In this document: positions 56,451-64,000 of the stretch, piece after piece | Layout: the number at the start of each line of letters is the position of its first letter | Position numbering within the stretch: the first letter of the stretch is position 1 | DNA from: an uncultured Gemmatimonadales bacterium | GTDB lineage: Bacteria > Gemmatimonadota > Gemmatimonadetes > Palauibacterales > Palauibacteraceae | Direction of reading: 5' to 3' | Length of the DNA: 64,000 bases | Assembly: GCA_963783385.1 (NCBI GenBank) | Contig: CAWANJ010000009.1 | Coordinates: 512,001 to 576,000 of the forward strand | Program-made: the position numbers and the translations under genes | Notes under the pieces: generated by a model | What the model was told of the DNA's origin: nothing | Database searches by the model: none | Seen by the model: only the letters and a program-made list of their open reading frames with translations

Positions 56451-57190
56451 GCCGCCTCCCGCCGCCGGAGCACCAGGAACCACTGGGGTGACAGCCACCG
56501 CAGCACGACCCGCCTCAGCCCCGCCGGCAGGGCCCTCAGCACGCGCCACGCCGCCCGTGCGCCCGCACCTCGCCGCTCGCCGAGCAGTTCGTCCACGGCC
56601 CGCTCGGTGCGGTCCTCGACCTCGAGTCCCGCGCCGCAGAGGAGCGCGGCCAGGCGGCCCCAGGTGAGGAAGCGGATGCCGTCGTAGCCACCGCCCCGGC
56701 CCGACGCGCGCACGTAGGCGGCGGCCAGGCCCCGGGGAAGCCAGCTGAGGAACGGGAGCCGGTAGTGGGGCTCCATGATCATCAGGCGATTGCCCGCCGA
56801 CACGTAGGCGGACCCGCCGGGGGCCAGGACCCGGGCCACCTCCCGAAACAGGGCCGCCTGGTCGGACACGTGCTCGTACAGGTGGTTGGCGATGGCGAAG
56901 CCGACCGACCGGTCCGCGAGGGGAAGTCGCAGGACGTCGGCCACCACCATGCGAGGAGATGCCTCCATGAACGAGCGGTCCAGATCGAAGCCCGCGATCG
57001 ACTTGTCGAACATCACCTCGAGCTCGTTCTTGATGATGCCGGTCCCGGCGCCCAGGTCCACGATCCGCCCGGCACGTTCCAGCTCGGTCCGGCAGAGATG
57101 CGCGATCACCCGGGCCTTCTCCGGTCGCTCCTCCCGGTATTCCCGGGAGCGGACGAAGGACTCGTAGCGATCCGCGGTCTGCCCCGTCAT
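56447..57190 (-). CDS. Class I SAM-dependent methyltransferase
   Basis: IVDLGAGTG, ADVLRLPL, NHLYEHV, RVLAPGG, EPHY.LPFLSWLP. Confidence 0.88.
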   Translation of the reverse strand: MTGQTADRYESFVRSREYREERPEKARVIAHLCRTELERAGRIVDLGAGTGIIKNELEVMFDKSIAGFDLDRSFMEASPRMVVADVLRLPLADRSVGFAIANHLYEHVSDQAALFREVARVLAPGGSAYVSAGNRLMIMEPHYRLPFLSWLPRGLAAAYVRASGRGGGYDGIRFLTWGRLAALLCGAGLEVEDRTERAVDELLGERRGAGARAAWRVLRALPAGLRRVVLRWLSPQWFLVLRRREAA

Positions 57191-58449
57191 CCCCCCACTC
57201 CTGCCTTCCGATCGTCGCGCCGGCCGCCGGCCGACCGCCGGGCGAGCGCCGCCGCGTAAGCGTCCTCGAGCCCGCCCAACACCCGGTCCCACGAGAAATC
57301 CTCCACGGCGCGCCGCCTGCCCTCGCGGGCCACGGCGCGCGTCCGGTCCGGGTCCGCCGCCGCCCGCAGGACGGCTTCCGCCAGGGCCTCCGGGTCGCCG
57401 GGCGGCACCAGCCATCCGCTCCGGTCGTGCACCACGATATCGGGGATCCCGCCGACCCGCGAGGCGAGCACGGGTCGTCCCTGGCGCATGGCCTCGAGCA
57501 GCACCACCCCCAGGCCCTCCGTGTCTCCCTTGCGGTCCACGACCGCCGGGAGCACGAACAGGTCCGCCCGCCGATAGAGCCGGGAGAGCGTCACGCGGGA
57601 CACGTACCCGGTGAGCCGGACACGCTCCTCGACGCCCGCCTCCCGGATCGCCTCCCGGATCACGGGCTCCCACTCTCCCTCCCCGACCACGGTGAGGTGC
57701 GCCGGCCTCCGGCGGAGGATGGCCGGCAGGGCCCGGATCAGGACCTCGACCCCTTTGCGTTCCACGAGCCGTCCCACGAACAGGAGCTCGAGCGGCGCAC
57801 CCGGCCCACCCGACAGGGGCGGCCTCGCCTCGCCCTCGTCGCGGGCCGACCCGTCGCCCACCGCCGCCGCGAATGGCACGACGCGAGCCTCGACGCCGGT
57901 GATCTCCCGGACGAGGTTCGCCGTGGGATGGGAGATGGCGGTCACCTGGTCCGCCGTGCGCGCGCTCCAGCGCAGGAACGGGAGAAGCCAGCGCATCCGC
58001 CGCGACACCCAGGTGAGCTCGACGGAGTAGAAGCTGCACACGAGCGCGCTCCGCCGCCCGGAAGCCCACCGGGCCGCCGCCCCGAACAGCGCGTGGGGCA
58101 TGGGCCAGTGCACATGGACGATGTCCGGCCGCTCGCGGCCCACTCCGAGCGAGGCCACGCTCCCGCCCAGGAGGTAGAGGGGGACGAGCCCGGCGAAGGC
58201 GGGAGAGCGCCGGATCCGGTCGGGAACGGTCTCGTCGTGGGTGAGCGTCTCCCACGGCGCCGGGGCGTAACGGAAGCGGCGGACGGGGATGCCCTCCACC
58301 TCCAGGGCGCCGTCGCCGCGGTAGGAGGGCGCCAGTACCCGCGCGTCCAGGCCGCGCTCCCGCGATCGGCGCACGAGCTCGACCATCCAGGGAGTGATCA
58401 CGTCCCCGGGATGGCGCGGGAACGCGGTCACCACGTGCACGACCCTCAT
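57187..58449 (-). CDS. Glycosyltransferase family 4
   Basis: VHVHW, LFVGRLVERKG, EGLGVVLLEAM, GGIPDIV. Confidence 0.93.
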   Translation of the reverse strand: MRVVHVVTAFPRHPGDVITPWMVELVRRSRERGLDARVLAPSYRGDGALEVEGIPVRRFRYAPAPWETLTHDETVPDRIRRSPAFAGLVPLYLLGGSVASLGVGRERPDIVHVHWPMPHALFGAAARWASGRRSALVCSFYSVELTWVSRRMRWLLPFLRWSARTADQVTAISHPTANLVREITGVEARVVPFAAAVGDGSARDEGEARPPLSGGPGAPLELLFVGRLVERKGVEVLIRALPAILRRRPAHLTVVGEGEWEPVIREAIREAGVEERVRLTGYVSRVTLSRLYRRADLFVLPAVVDRKGDTEGLGVVLLEAMRQGRPVLASRVGGIPDIVVHDRSGWLVPPGDPEALAEAVLRAAADPDRTRAVAREGRRRAVEDFSWDRVLGGLEDAYAAALARRSAGGRRDDRKAGVGG

Positions 58450-60158
58450 CGGGCGGCCCGGCCCCCCGTCCTACCCCGCGCGGCGCTCCCCGGGGCGCCG
58501 CCTCCTGGTGACGGGGGCCCCAGCGCGGTGCCCCGGGGCGATCGGTACGCGAGGATCCAGGTCGGCGGATCCCCGTTCCGGTACACCACCGTGAAACGCT
58601 CCGCGTGGGACCGCACCGCCGGTACCAGGTACTGGAAGGTGGTGGCCGAGATGGCGTCCAGCACCACGTAGCCGGCTCCCATCGCATCCAGGCCGTTGAG
58701 CAGGAGATCCGTGTCCGACGTGAACCGGTACACGTCGCCCCGCCGATTCGAGAACCAGTAGAACAGGCGGGGCTTGCGGTTGGCCACGACCGCATCCGGC
58801 GGCAGGTTGTCGCGCGCCCAGCGCGCCGCCGCGTAGAAGCTCGACATGGCCGGAGCCTCGCACGGCGTTCCGGCACGGTAGTCGGCGATGCAACGGACGC
58901 GGCCGGGGGCGGTCGAGAACAGGTACACGGCGCCGGGTAGCAGCATGGCGACCGCCGCCACCGCGCCGCTCAGCCGGGCGGCCCGGCGGCGCGGCCCGGC
59001 GCCGTCGCCCGCCGCGGCCCGTGACCTGGCCGCGGACGGTCGCCCGCCTCGCCGGAGCGCTCCCATCGCGGCGGCCCGGGTGCCCACCAGGACGTAGAGG
59101 AGCACCAGGGGCAGCACGGGCAGCAGGAAGCGCCGGTCCGTCCACACCGAGGGCCACAGCGCGATCTCGGCCCCGTACAGGAGGGTGAACAGCTCGGCCA
59201 CGTCCAGCCGCCGCAGGGCGCGGCGGATCCAGCCCGTCACGCCGAGGGCCGCCAGCAGGAGCCCGGCGAGGGTCAGGGGGCCCGCTCCCGCCCCGGTGGC
59301 GCGCGCGGCGGCGCCTGCGCCCGTTAGGGAGCCCGGCAGGATCCCCGAGACGTAGCTCCACAGGTTCCGAGCCCCGCGCGTCACCAGGCCCGCCACGCCC
59401 ACCGTGCCCGCGGCCGGATCGTAGGGATTGGCCAGGACGAGCTGGCGCAGATAGCCCGCCTGCTCGGGCGCGGCCAGGTGCTGGTAGAGGCTCCAGCCTC
59501 CCGCCGCCACCACCGCCACGGCCAGCGCCATTCCGGCACGCCTCCAGCGACGGGCGAGGAGGGGAGCCAGCACGGCCGCGCCGAGGAGCGGCAGTCCGGC
59601 CGTGCGCGTCAGGAAGGCGGCGGCCACCGCCACGTAGCCGGCCCAGGCCGGGAGCGGAGACCCCTCCGAGAGCGCCCACAACGAGAACAGCACCAGGGCC
59701 ACGAACGGGGCCTCCGAGAGGACGTAGTGGCCGTACTCGAGCAGAACGGGGTTGAGCGCCACCACGAACGCGGCCAGCACGCCCCCGGCCGCGCCCAGCC
59801 ACCGCCGTCCGAGCAGGCCGGTGAGCGCCACGGCGGTCGTGGTGAGCGCCAGGGAGGCCAGCTTGAACAGCGGCACGCCTCCCGCCCAGCCCAGGACCGC
59901 CAGGAGGGCGGGATAGGCCGGCGGATACTTGGTGTGGAGGGGTGCGGCAGGCAGATACAGGTCGCGGTAGCCCCGGAGCGTGCGCAGCGCCCGGCCCAGG
60001 ATCATGTAGCCGGCGTTGTCGCCGCCCGGGAACAGGGTGGGCTCGAACAGCAGCAGTCCCGCCACGACGTGGACCGCGCAGGCCACCGCGAGCCACCCGC
60101 GCGGGGTGAGTCCCCCGAAGCGCCGCGGCTCCGCGGCACGTCCGGCGGCTTCGCTCAC
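58446..60158 (-). CDS. GT-C fold membrane glycosyltransferase (PMT/ArnT-like)
   Basis: GDNAGY after TM1, YPPAYPALLA, LSEAPF, LTRTAG, RFLLPVLP; about 11 TMs plus a C-terminal soluble domain. Confidence 0.8.
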   Translation of the reverse strand: MSEAAGRAAEPRRFGGLTPRGWLAVACAVHVVAGLLLFEPTLFPGGDNAGYMILGRALRTLRGYRDLYLPAAPLHTKYPPAYPALLAVLGWAGGVPLFKLASLALTTTAVALTGLLGRRWLGAAGGVLAAFVVALNPVLLEYGHYVLSEAPFVALVLFSLWALSEGSPLPAWAGYVAVAAAFLTRTAGLPLLGAAVLAPLLARRWRRAGMALAVAVVAAGGWSLYQHLAAPEQAGYLRQLVLANPYDPAAGTVGVAGLVTRGARNLWSYVSGILPGSLTGAGAAARATGAGAGPLTLAGLLLAALGVTGWIRRALRRLDVAELFTLLYGAEIALWPSVWTDRRFLLPVLPLVLLYVLVGTRAAAMGALRRGGRPSAARSRAAAGDGAGPRRRAARLSGAVAAVAMLLPGAVYLFSTAPGRVRCIADYRAGTPCEAPAMSSFYAAARWARDNLPPDAVVANRKPRLFYWFSNRRGDVYRFTSDTDLLLNGLDAMGAGYVVLDAISATTFQYLVPAVRSHAERFTVVYRNGDPPTWILAYRSPRGTALGPPSPGGGAPGSAARGRTGGRAAR

Positions 60159-60186
60159 GAGCGTCCGGGCGCCGGGACGACCTGTC

Positions 60187-61155
60187 TCATCGTCGTTCGT
60201 CGAGCCGCTGGCGGAGATCGTCGACCTCCCCTCGCAGGGACGCGATCAGCTCGGCCAGGAACCCGACCGCGAACAGGAGGAGTCCCACGACCACGAGGAG
60301 GAGGACCAGGGTGAGGAGCGGACGATAGCCGGTGTCGAGCACGAAGCGCAGGTAGACGGCCACCAGCCCCACGACGGCGCCCGCGCCGAGCAGGACCAGG
60401 CCCGTCACGCCGAACAGGAGCATCGGCCGCCGGCTGAAGACCAGCTGGAACCAAACACTCAGGAGGTCCAGGGTCCCGACGACGATGCGACCCTGCCCCG
60501 AGTACTTGGAGGTGCCGTGACGGCGAGGGTGGAGCTCCACGTCGATCTCGGTGACCCGGAAGCCCCGCGCATGGGCGAGCACGACCAGGTAGCGGTGCCA
60601 GTCGCTGCGTAGCCGGACCTCGTCCAGCACCTCCCGCCGGAAGGCCTTCATGGCGTTCAGGTCGTGGACCGGAATCCCGAAGATCCGCCGGGCCAGCCAG
60701 TTGTAGATCCCCGACACGAACCGTTTCTCGTAGCGTCCCACCTTGCGGCCCACCACCATGTCGTAGCCACGGTCGAGCTCCGCGACGAAGCGAGGGATCT
60801 CAGCGGGCACGTGCTGGAGGTCGGCGTCGAACAGGACCAGATACTCGCCGCGTGCCGCCCGGGCTCCCGTGAGGAGCGCGTCGGTCTTGCCGCGGTTGCG
60901 CCGGTGCCGGAGAAAGCGCACGTCGGTCAGTCCGGCGGCGTCCGCCGCCCTCCGACCGGCCTCAAGCGTCCCGTCCCGCGATCCGTCGTCGACGAGGATG
61001 ACCTCTGCGGACAGCTCTCCCTGCCGGATCGACCGCCCCAGCTCCGTGAACAGCTCGGGCATGTTGGAGGCCTCGTCGAAGGCGGGGACGAGGATGGAGA
61101 CGCGGGGCGCGTCGGGAGACGCCGGACCGGGGCCCGGCGATGGAGGCCCGCTCAT
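60187..61155 (-). CDS. GT2 polyprenyl-phosphate glycosyltransferase (ArnC/GtrB-like) with two C-terminal TMs
   Basis: VPAFDE, VDDGSRDGT, FDADLQH, PRRHGTSKY. Confidence 0.9.
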   Translation of the reverse strand: MSGPPSPGPGPASPDAPRVSILVPAFDEASNMPELFTELGRSIRQGELSAEVILVDDGSRDGTLEAGRRAADAAGLTDVRFLRHRRNRGKTDALLTGARAARGEYLVLFDADLQHVPAEIPRFVAELDRGYDMVVGRKVGRYEKRFVSGIYNWLARRIFGIPVHDLNAMKAFRREVLDEVRLRSDWHRYLVVLAHARGFRVTEIDVELHPRRHGTSKYSGQGRIVVGTLDLLSVWFQLVFSRRPMLLFGVTGLVLLGAGAVVGLVAVYLRFVLDTGYRPLLTLVLLLVVVGLLLFAVGFLAELIASLRGEVDDLRQRLDERR

Positions 61156-62591
61156 ACCCTCTTGCGCATGCGCGCCGAGAGGATCCCCAGCTGATCACGG
61201 TACTTGGCCACCGTGCGACGCGCGATCTGCACACCGTCCTCCTTGAGCTTGTCCACGATGGACTGGTCGGTCAGGGGATCGTGGGGATCCTCGTCCTCGA
61301 CGAGCTTCTTGATCTTGGCCCGCACGCCCCGCGCCGAGACGTCCTCGCCGTAGTCGGTGGACAGTCCGCTCGAGAAGAAGAACTTGAGCGGCAGCACGCC
61401 GCGGGGGGTCTGCGCGTACTTCTCGTTCGTGACCCGCGAGACGGTCGACTCGTGCATGTCGATGTGCTCGGCCACCTCGCGCAGGGTCAGGGGGCGGAGG
61501 TGCTCGACGCCCTTCTCGAAGAACTCGCGCTGCCGGTCCACGATGAAGTTCATGACCTTGAGCATGGTCTGACGCCGCTGCTCGATGGCCTGGATCATCC
61601 ACTGGGCGCTGTTGAGCTTCTTGGAGATGAACGCCTTGTTGTCGCCCTGGAACTTGCTCTTGTCCCTGGCGACCTCCCGGTAGGCCCGCGACAGCCGGAG
61701 ACGCGGGAGCGACGTGTCGTTGTGGAACACGTAGTACTCGCCCCCGATCTTCTCGACGATAAGATCCGGGGTGACGTAGTTGTCGCGCATGTCGGCGTAC
61801 TTCAGACCCGGCTTCGGATCGAGCTTGGAGATCTGGTCCGCCGCCGCCTGGACTTCCCTGGCGGAGATTCCGTGCTCCTTGGAGAGCTCGCTCCAACGGT
61901 GGTTGACGAGCTCCTCAAAGTGGTCGCGCACGATTCGGTACGCGAGCGTCTCCTGCTCCTTGCGGGCGCGCAGCTGCAGCAGCAGGCATTCGCGCAGGTC
62001 TCGCGCGCCGACGCCCGGCGGATCGAAGCCCTGGATCACCTCCAGAGCCCTGCGGCCATCCTCGAGGGCGTAGGACGCGGTGCCGTTCCAGGCGGCGTTG
62101 TCCGTCTCCTCGAGGAAGTCGTTGATGGACTGGATGACCTCCTCGATCGAGCAGGTGAGGAAGCCGTCCCGGTCGATGTTTCCGATGACCTCCTCGCCCA
62201 GCAGCAGCTCCCGGGGCGTGAGGCGCAGCAGCTGGAGCTGGTCGCGCAGGTGGTCCCAGAGGTCCTCGCTGGTGGACGGGGTCGGCCGGTAGAACTCCTT
62301 CTCCTCGTACTCGGCCCGGCGGCCGCCGGCATCGAAGCCGTCGAGGAGGATCTCCTCCCAGTCGATCTCGTCCTCGTCGAGCTCCTCGTTGTCCTCCTCG
62401 AGGAGCTCGCCGTCCTCGCCCGGTTCGATGAGATCGAGGAACGGATTGGCCACCAGCTCCTGCTTGAGGTGCTGCTGGAGGTCCAGGAGCGGCATGTACA
62501 GGAGATCCATCGCCTGGTACAGGCGAGGATTGACCTTCATCTCCTGCTTCATGCGGACTTCCTGGGAAAGCCCGCCTCTCACGTTCGCCAT
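61152..62591 (-). CDS. rpoN: RNA polymerase sigma-54 factor
   Basis: Region I Q/L-rich ...NPFL, DPPGVGARDLRECL, HESTVSR, RpoN box ARRTVAKYR. Confidence 0.97.
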   Translation of the reverse strand: MANVRGGLSQEVRMKQEMKVNPRLYQAMDLLYMPLLDLQQHLKQELVANPFLDLIEPGEDGELLEEDNEELDEDEIDWEEILLDGFDAGGRRAEYEEKEFYRPTPSTSEDLWDHLRDQLQLLRLTPRELLLGEEVIGNIDRDGFLTCSIEEVIQSINDFLEETDNAAWNGTASYALEDGRRALEVIQGFDPPGVGARDLRECLLLQLRARKEQETLAYRIVRDHFEELVNHRWSELSKEHGISAREVQAAADQISKLDPKPGLKYADMRDNYVTPDLIVEKIGGEYYVFHNDTSLPRLRLSRAYREVARDKSKFQGDNKAFISKKLNSAQWMIQAIEQRRQTMLKVMNFIVDRQREFFEKGVEHLRPLTLREVAEHIDMHESTVSRVTNEKYAQTPRGVLPLKFFFSSGLSTDYGEDVSARGVRAKIKKLVEDEDPHDPLTDQSIVDKLKEDGVQIARRTVAKYRDQLGILSARMRKRV

Positions 62592-62784
62592 GCCGTTCCA
62601 CGTTCCTGGAGTCGAACGGCGACCGCCCGGCCCGGTTCCGCCGGCTCCGCCGCTCGCGCGCTGGCCCGAGGCCCTCGCGTCGTCGCGCTGCCACGAGTGG
62701 TGGAAGATACCGCTTGCTGGGCGCGCACGCATCTTGCGCGGGGCCCGCGCCCCGCCGTGTGGGCGCGCGGGGCGTCGGGCGGGA

Positions 62785-63618
62785 TTACAGTCTGAAGTCT
62801 TGCCCCAGATACAGCTTACGCGCCTCGGGATCATTCACGAGCACCTCGGCGGGCCCCTCGATGTGGATGCGTCCGTTGAACATGATATAGGCCCGATCGG
62901 TGATCGAGAGCGTCTCCCGGACGTTGTGGTCGGTCACCAGTACCCCCAGCCCCTTCTCCCTGAGCTCGGCCACGATCCGCTGGATGTCGTCCACCGCGAT
63001 GGGGTCGACCCCGGCGAACGGCTCGTCGAGGAGCATGAACTTGGGGGAGGTGACCAGGGCGCGGGTGATCTCGAGTCGGCGACGCTCGCCTCCCGAGAGG
63101 GAGTAGGCCCGGATGTCCCGCAGGTGCTTGATCGACAGCTCGTCCAGCAGCGACTCGAGACGTCGGCGGCGCTCGGCGGCGTCGATGTCGAGCGTCTCCA
63201 GGATGGCCATGACGTTCTCCTCGACCGTCAGCTTCCGGAAGATCGAGGGTTCCTGGGAGAGGTAGCCGATGCCGGCGCGGGCACGACGGTACATGGGGAC
63301 GTCGGTGAGCTCGACGTCGTCCAGCATGACGTGGCCCTCGTCCGCCTGCAGGAGGCCCACGATCATGTAGAAGGTGGTCGTCTTCCCTGCCCCGTTGGGC
63401 CCGAGCAGGCCCACGATCTCGCCCTGCCACAGGCTGAGGTCCACGTCGTCGACCACTCGCCGCTTCTTGAACGCCTTGACCAGGCCCTCGGCCCGCAGGA
63501 CGCTGGCGCCTTCCGGCACGTTCTCGCCCGGGCCGGAGCGCCGCTCGCCGCCAGCGATGCGGTACGACCGGTCGGCTTCGCCCACGGTCGGAGCCGGGCT
63601 ACCGTCGCCCGGGTTCAC
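62785..63618 (-). CDS. lptB: LPS export ABC transporter ATPase LptB
   Basis: [59 protein letters not shown]. Confidence 0.96.
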   Translation of the reverse strand: MNPGDGSPAPTVGEADRSYRIAGGERRSGPGENVPEGASVLRAEGLVKAFKKRRVVDDVDLSLWQGEIVGLLGPNGAGKTTTFYMIVGLLQADEGHVMLDDVELTDVPMYRRARAGIGYLSQEPSIFRKLTVEENVMAILETLDIDAAERRRRLESLLDELSIKHLRDIRAYSLSGGERRRLEITRALVTSPKFMLLDEPFAGVDPIAVDDIQRIVAELREKGLGVLVTDHNVRETLSITDRAYIMFNGRIHIEGPAEVLVNDPEARKLYLGQDFRL

Positions 63619-64000
63619 GATCGGCCCCCGCGGTCCGCCGTGCGGCGTCCGGCCGATCCGCTTCCGGCGCCCGCATCCCGCGTCGTGTCGGGGCGAACGG
63701 GCACCGTGTCGCCCGGCCGCGCCGGAGAGGGCGCCGGGCTCTCTCCCGGAGCGTTCGGGTCCAGGAACACCCCGATGGCGTCGCGGCCGGTCACCTGCCT
63801 GGCCTGGCCGTCCGCGAAGCGCACGATGATCTCCTTGCCGATCAGATAGTTCCTGGCGTCTCCCCCGCCCTCGGCGGAGTCGCGGGGCACAAGGTAGTAC
63901 GCCCGGGCGTCCCCCGCGGCCCGGATCGTCTGGAGCTGGCGGTGGCCGCCGGCGGCGCCGGGCGTCGTGTCCCCCGCTGCGCCGGCCTCTCCGGCGCTCC
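63615..64000 (-). CDS. C-terminal part of an OstA/LptA-like LPS transport protein (5' truncated by the window)
   Basis: Frame open to the window edge: ...[16 protein letters not shown]...[18 protein letters not shown]; stop overlaps the lptB start. Confidence 0.6.
   Translation of the reverse strand, partial: SAGEAGAAGDTTPGAAGGHRQLQTIRAAGDARAYYLVPRDSAEGGGDARNYLIGKEIIVRFADGQARQVTGRDAIGVFLDPNAPGESPAPSPARPGDTVPVRPDTTRDAGAGSGSAGRRTADRGGRS

Noticed and set aside
62723-62738. Sigma-54-like GCGCACGCATCTTGCG upstream of rpoN on the opposite strand
   Set aside because: Lacks the invariant GG at -24, so it cannot be supported as an autoregulatory site

Overview
High-GC chromosomal window of housekeeping genes from a diderm bacterium. 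Gene content and order (lpxC-fabZ fusion, mcsA-mcsB-clpC-bamA, bshC, rpoN followed by a GT2) suggest Gemmatimonadota/FCB group; this assignment is inference. It opens with an rRNA operon (partial 16S, tRNA-free ITS, 23S, 5S). About 45 kb of + strand genes follow: diguanylate cyclase, era, Trm112-like, rnr, frameshifted prfB, lysS, lolCE/lolD, mcsAB-clpC, bamA-skp-lpx cluster, nadB, rlmH, methyltransferase-bshC, murJ, uvrC, gltX, thrC, larC, der-plsY-gpsA, merR-surE-pcm, apt. The strand then switches to - (histidine kinase, a seven-gene envelope glycosylation cluster, rpoN, lptB, lptA-like). Near the switch, in a locally AT-rich intergenic region, is a clear XerCD dif site (52060-52087) overlapped by a perfect DnaA box, so the window probably spans the replication terminus. 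Best leads: (1) enrichment of the Bacteroidota-type O-glycosylation sequon D-S/T-[AILVMT] in exported proteins, next to a GT-C/polyprenol-P-mannose cluster; (2) DnaA box(es) abutting dif; (3) a zinc-finger-like N-terminal extension on LysRS; (4) a candidate N-methyl-bacillithiol methyltransferase coupled to a frameshifted bshC. No CRISPR array, tRNA, IS or prophage was seen.
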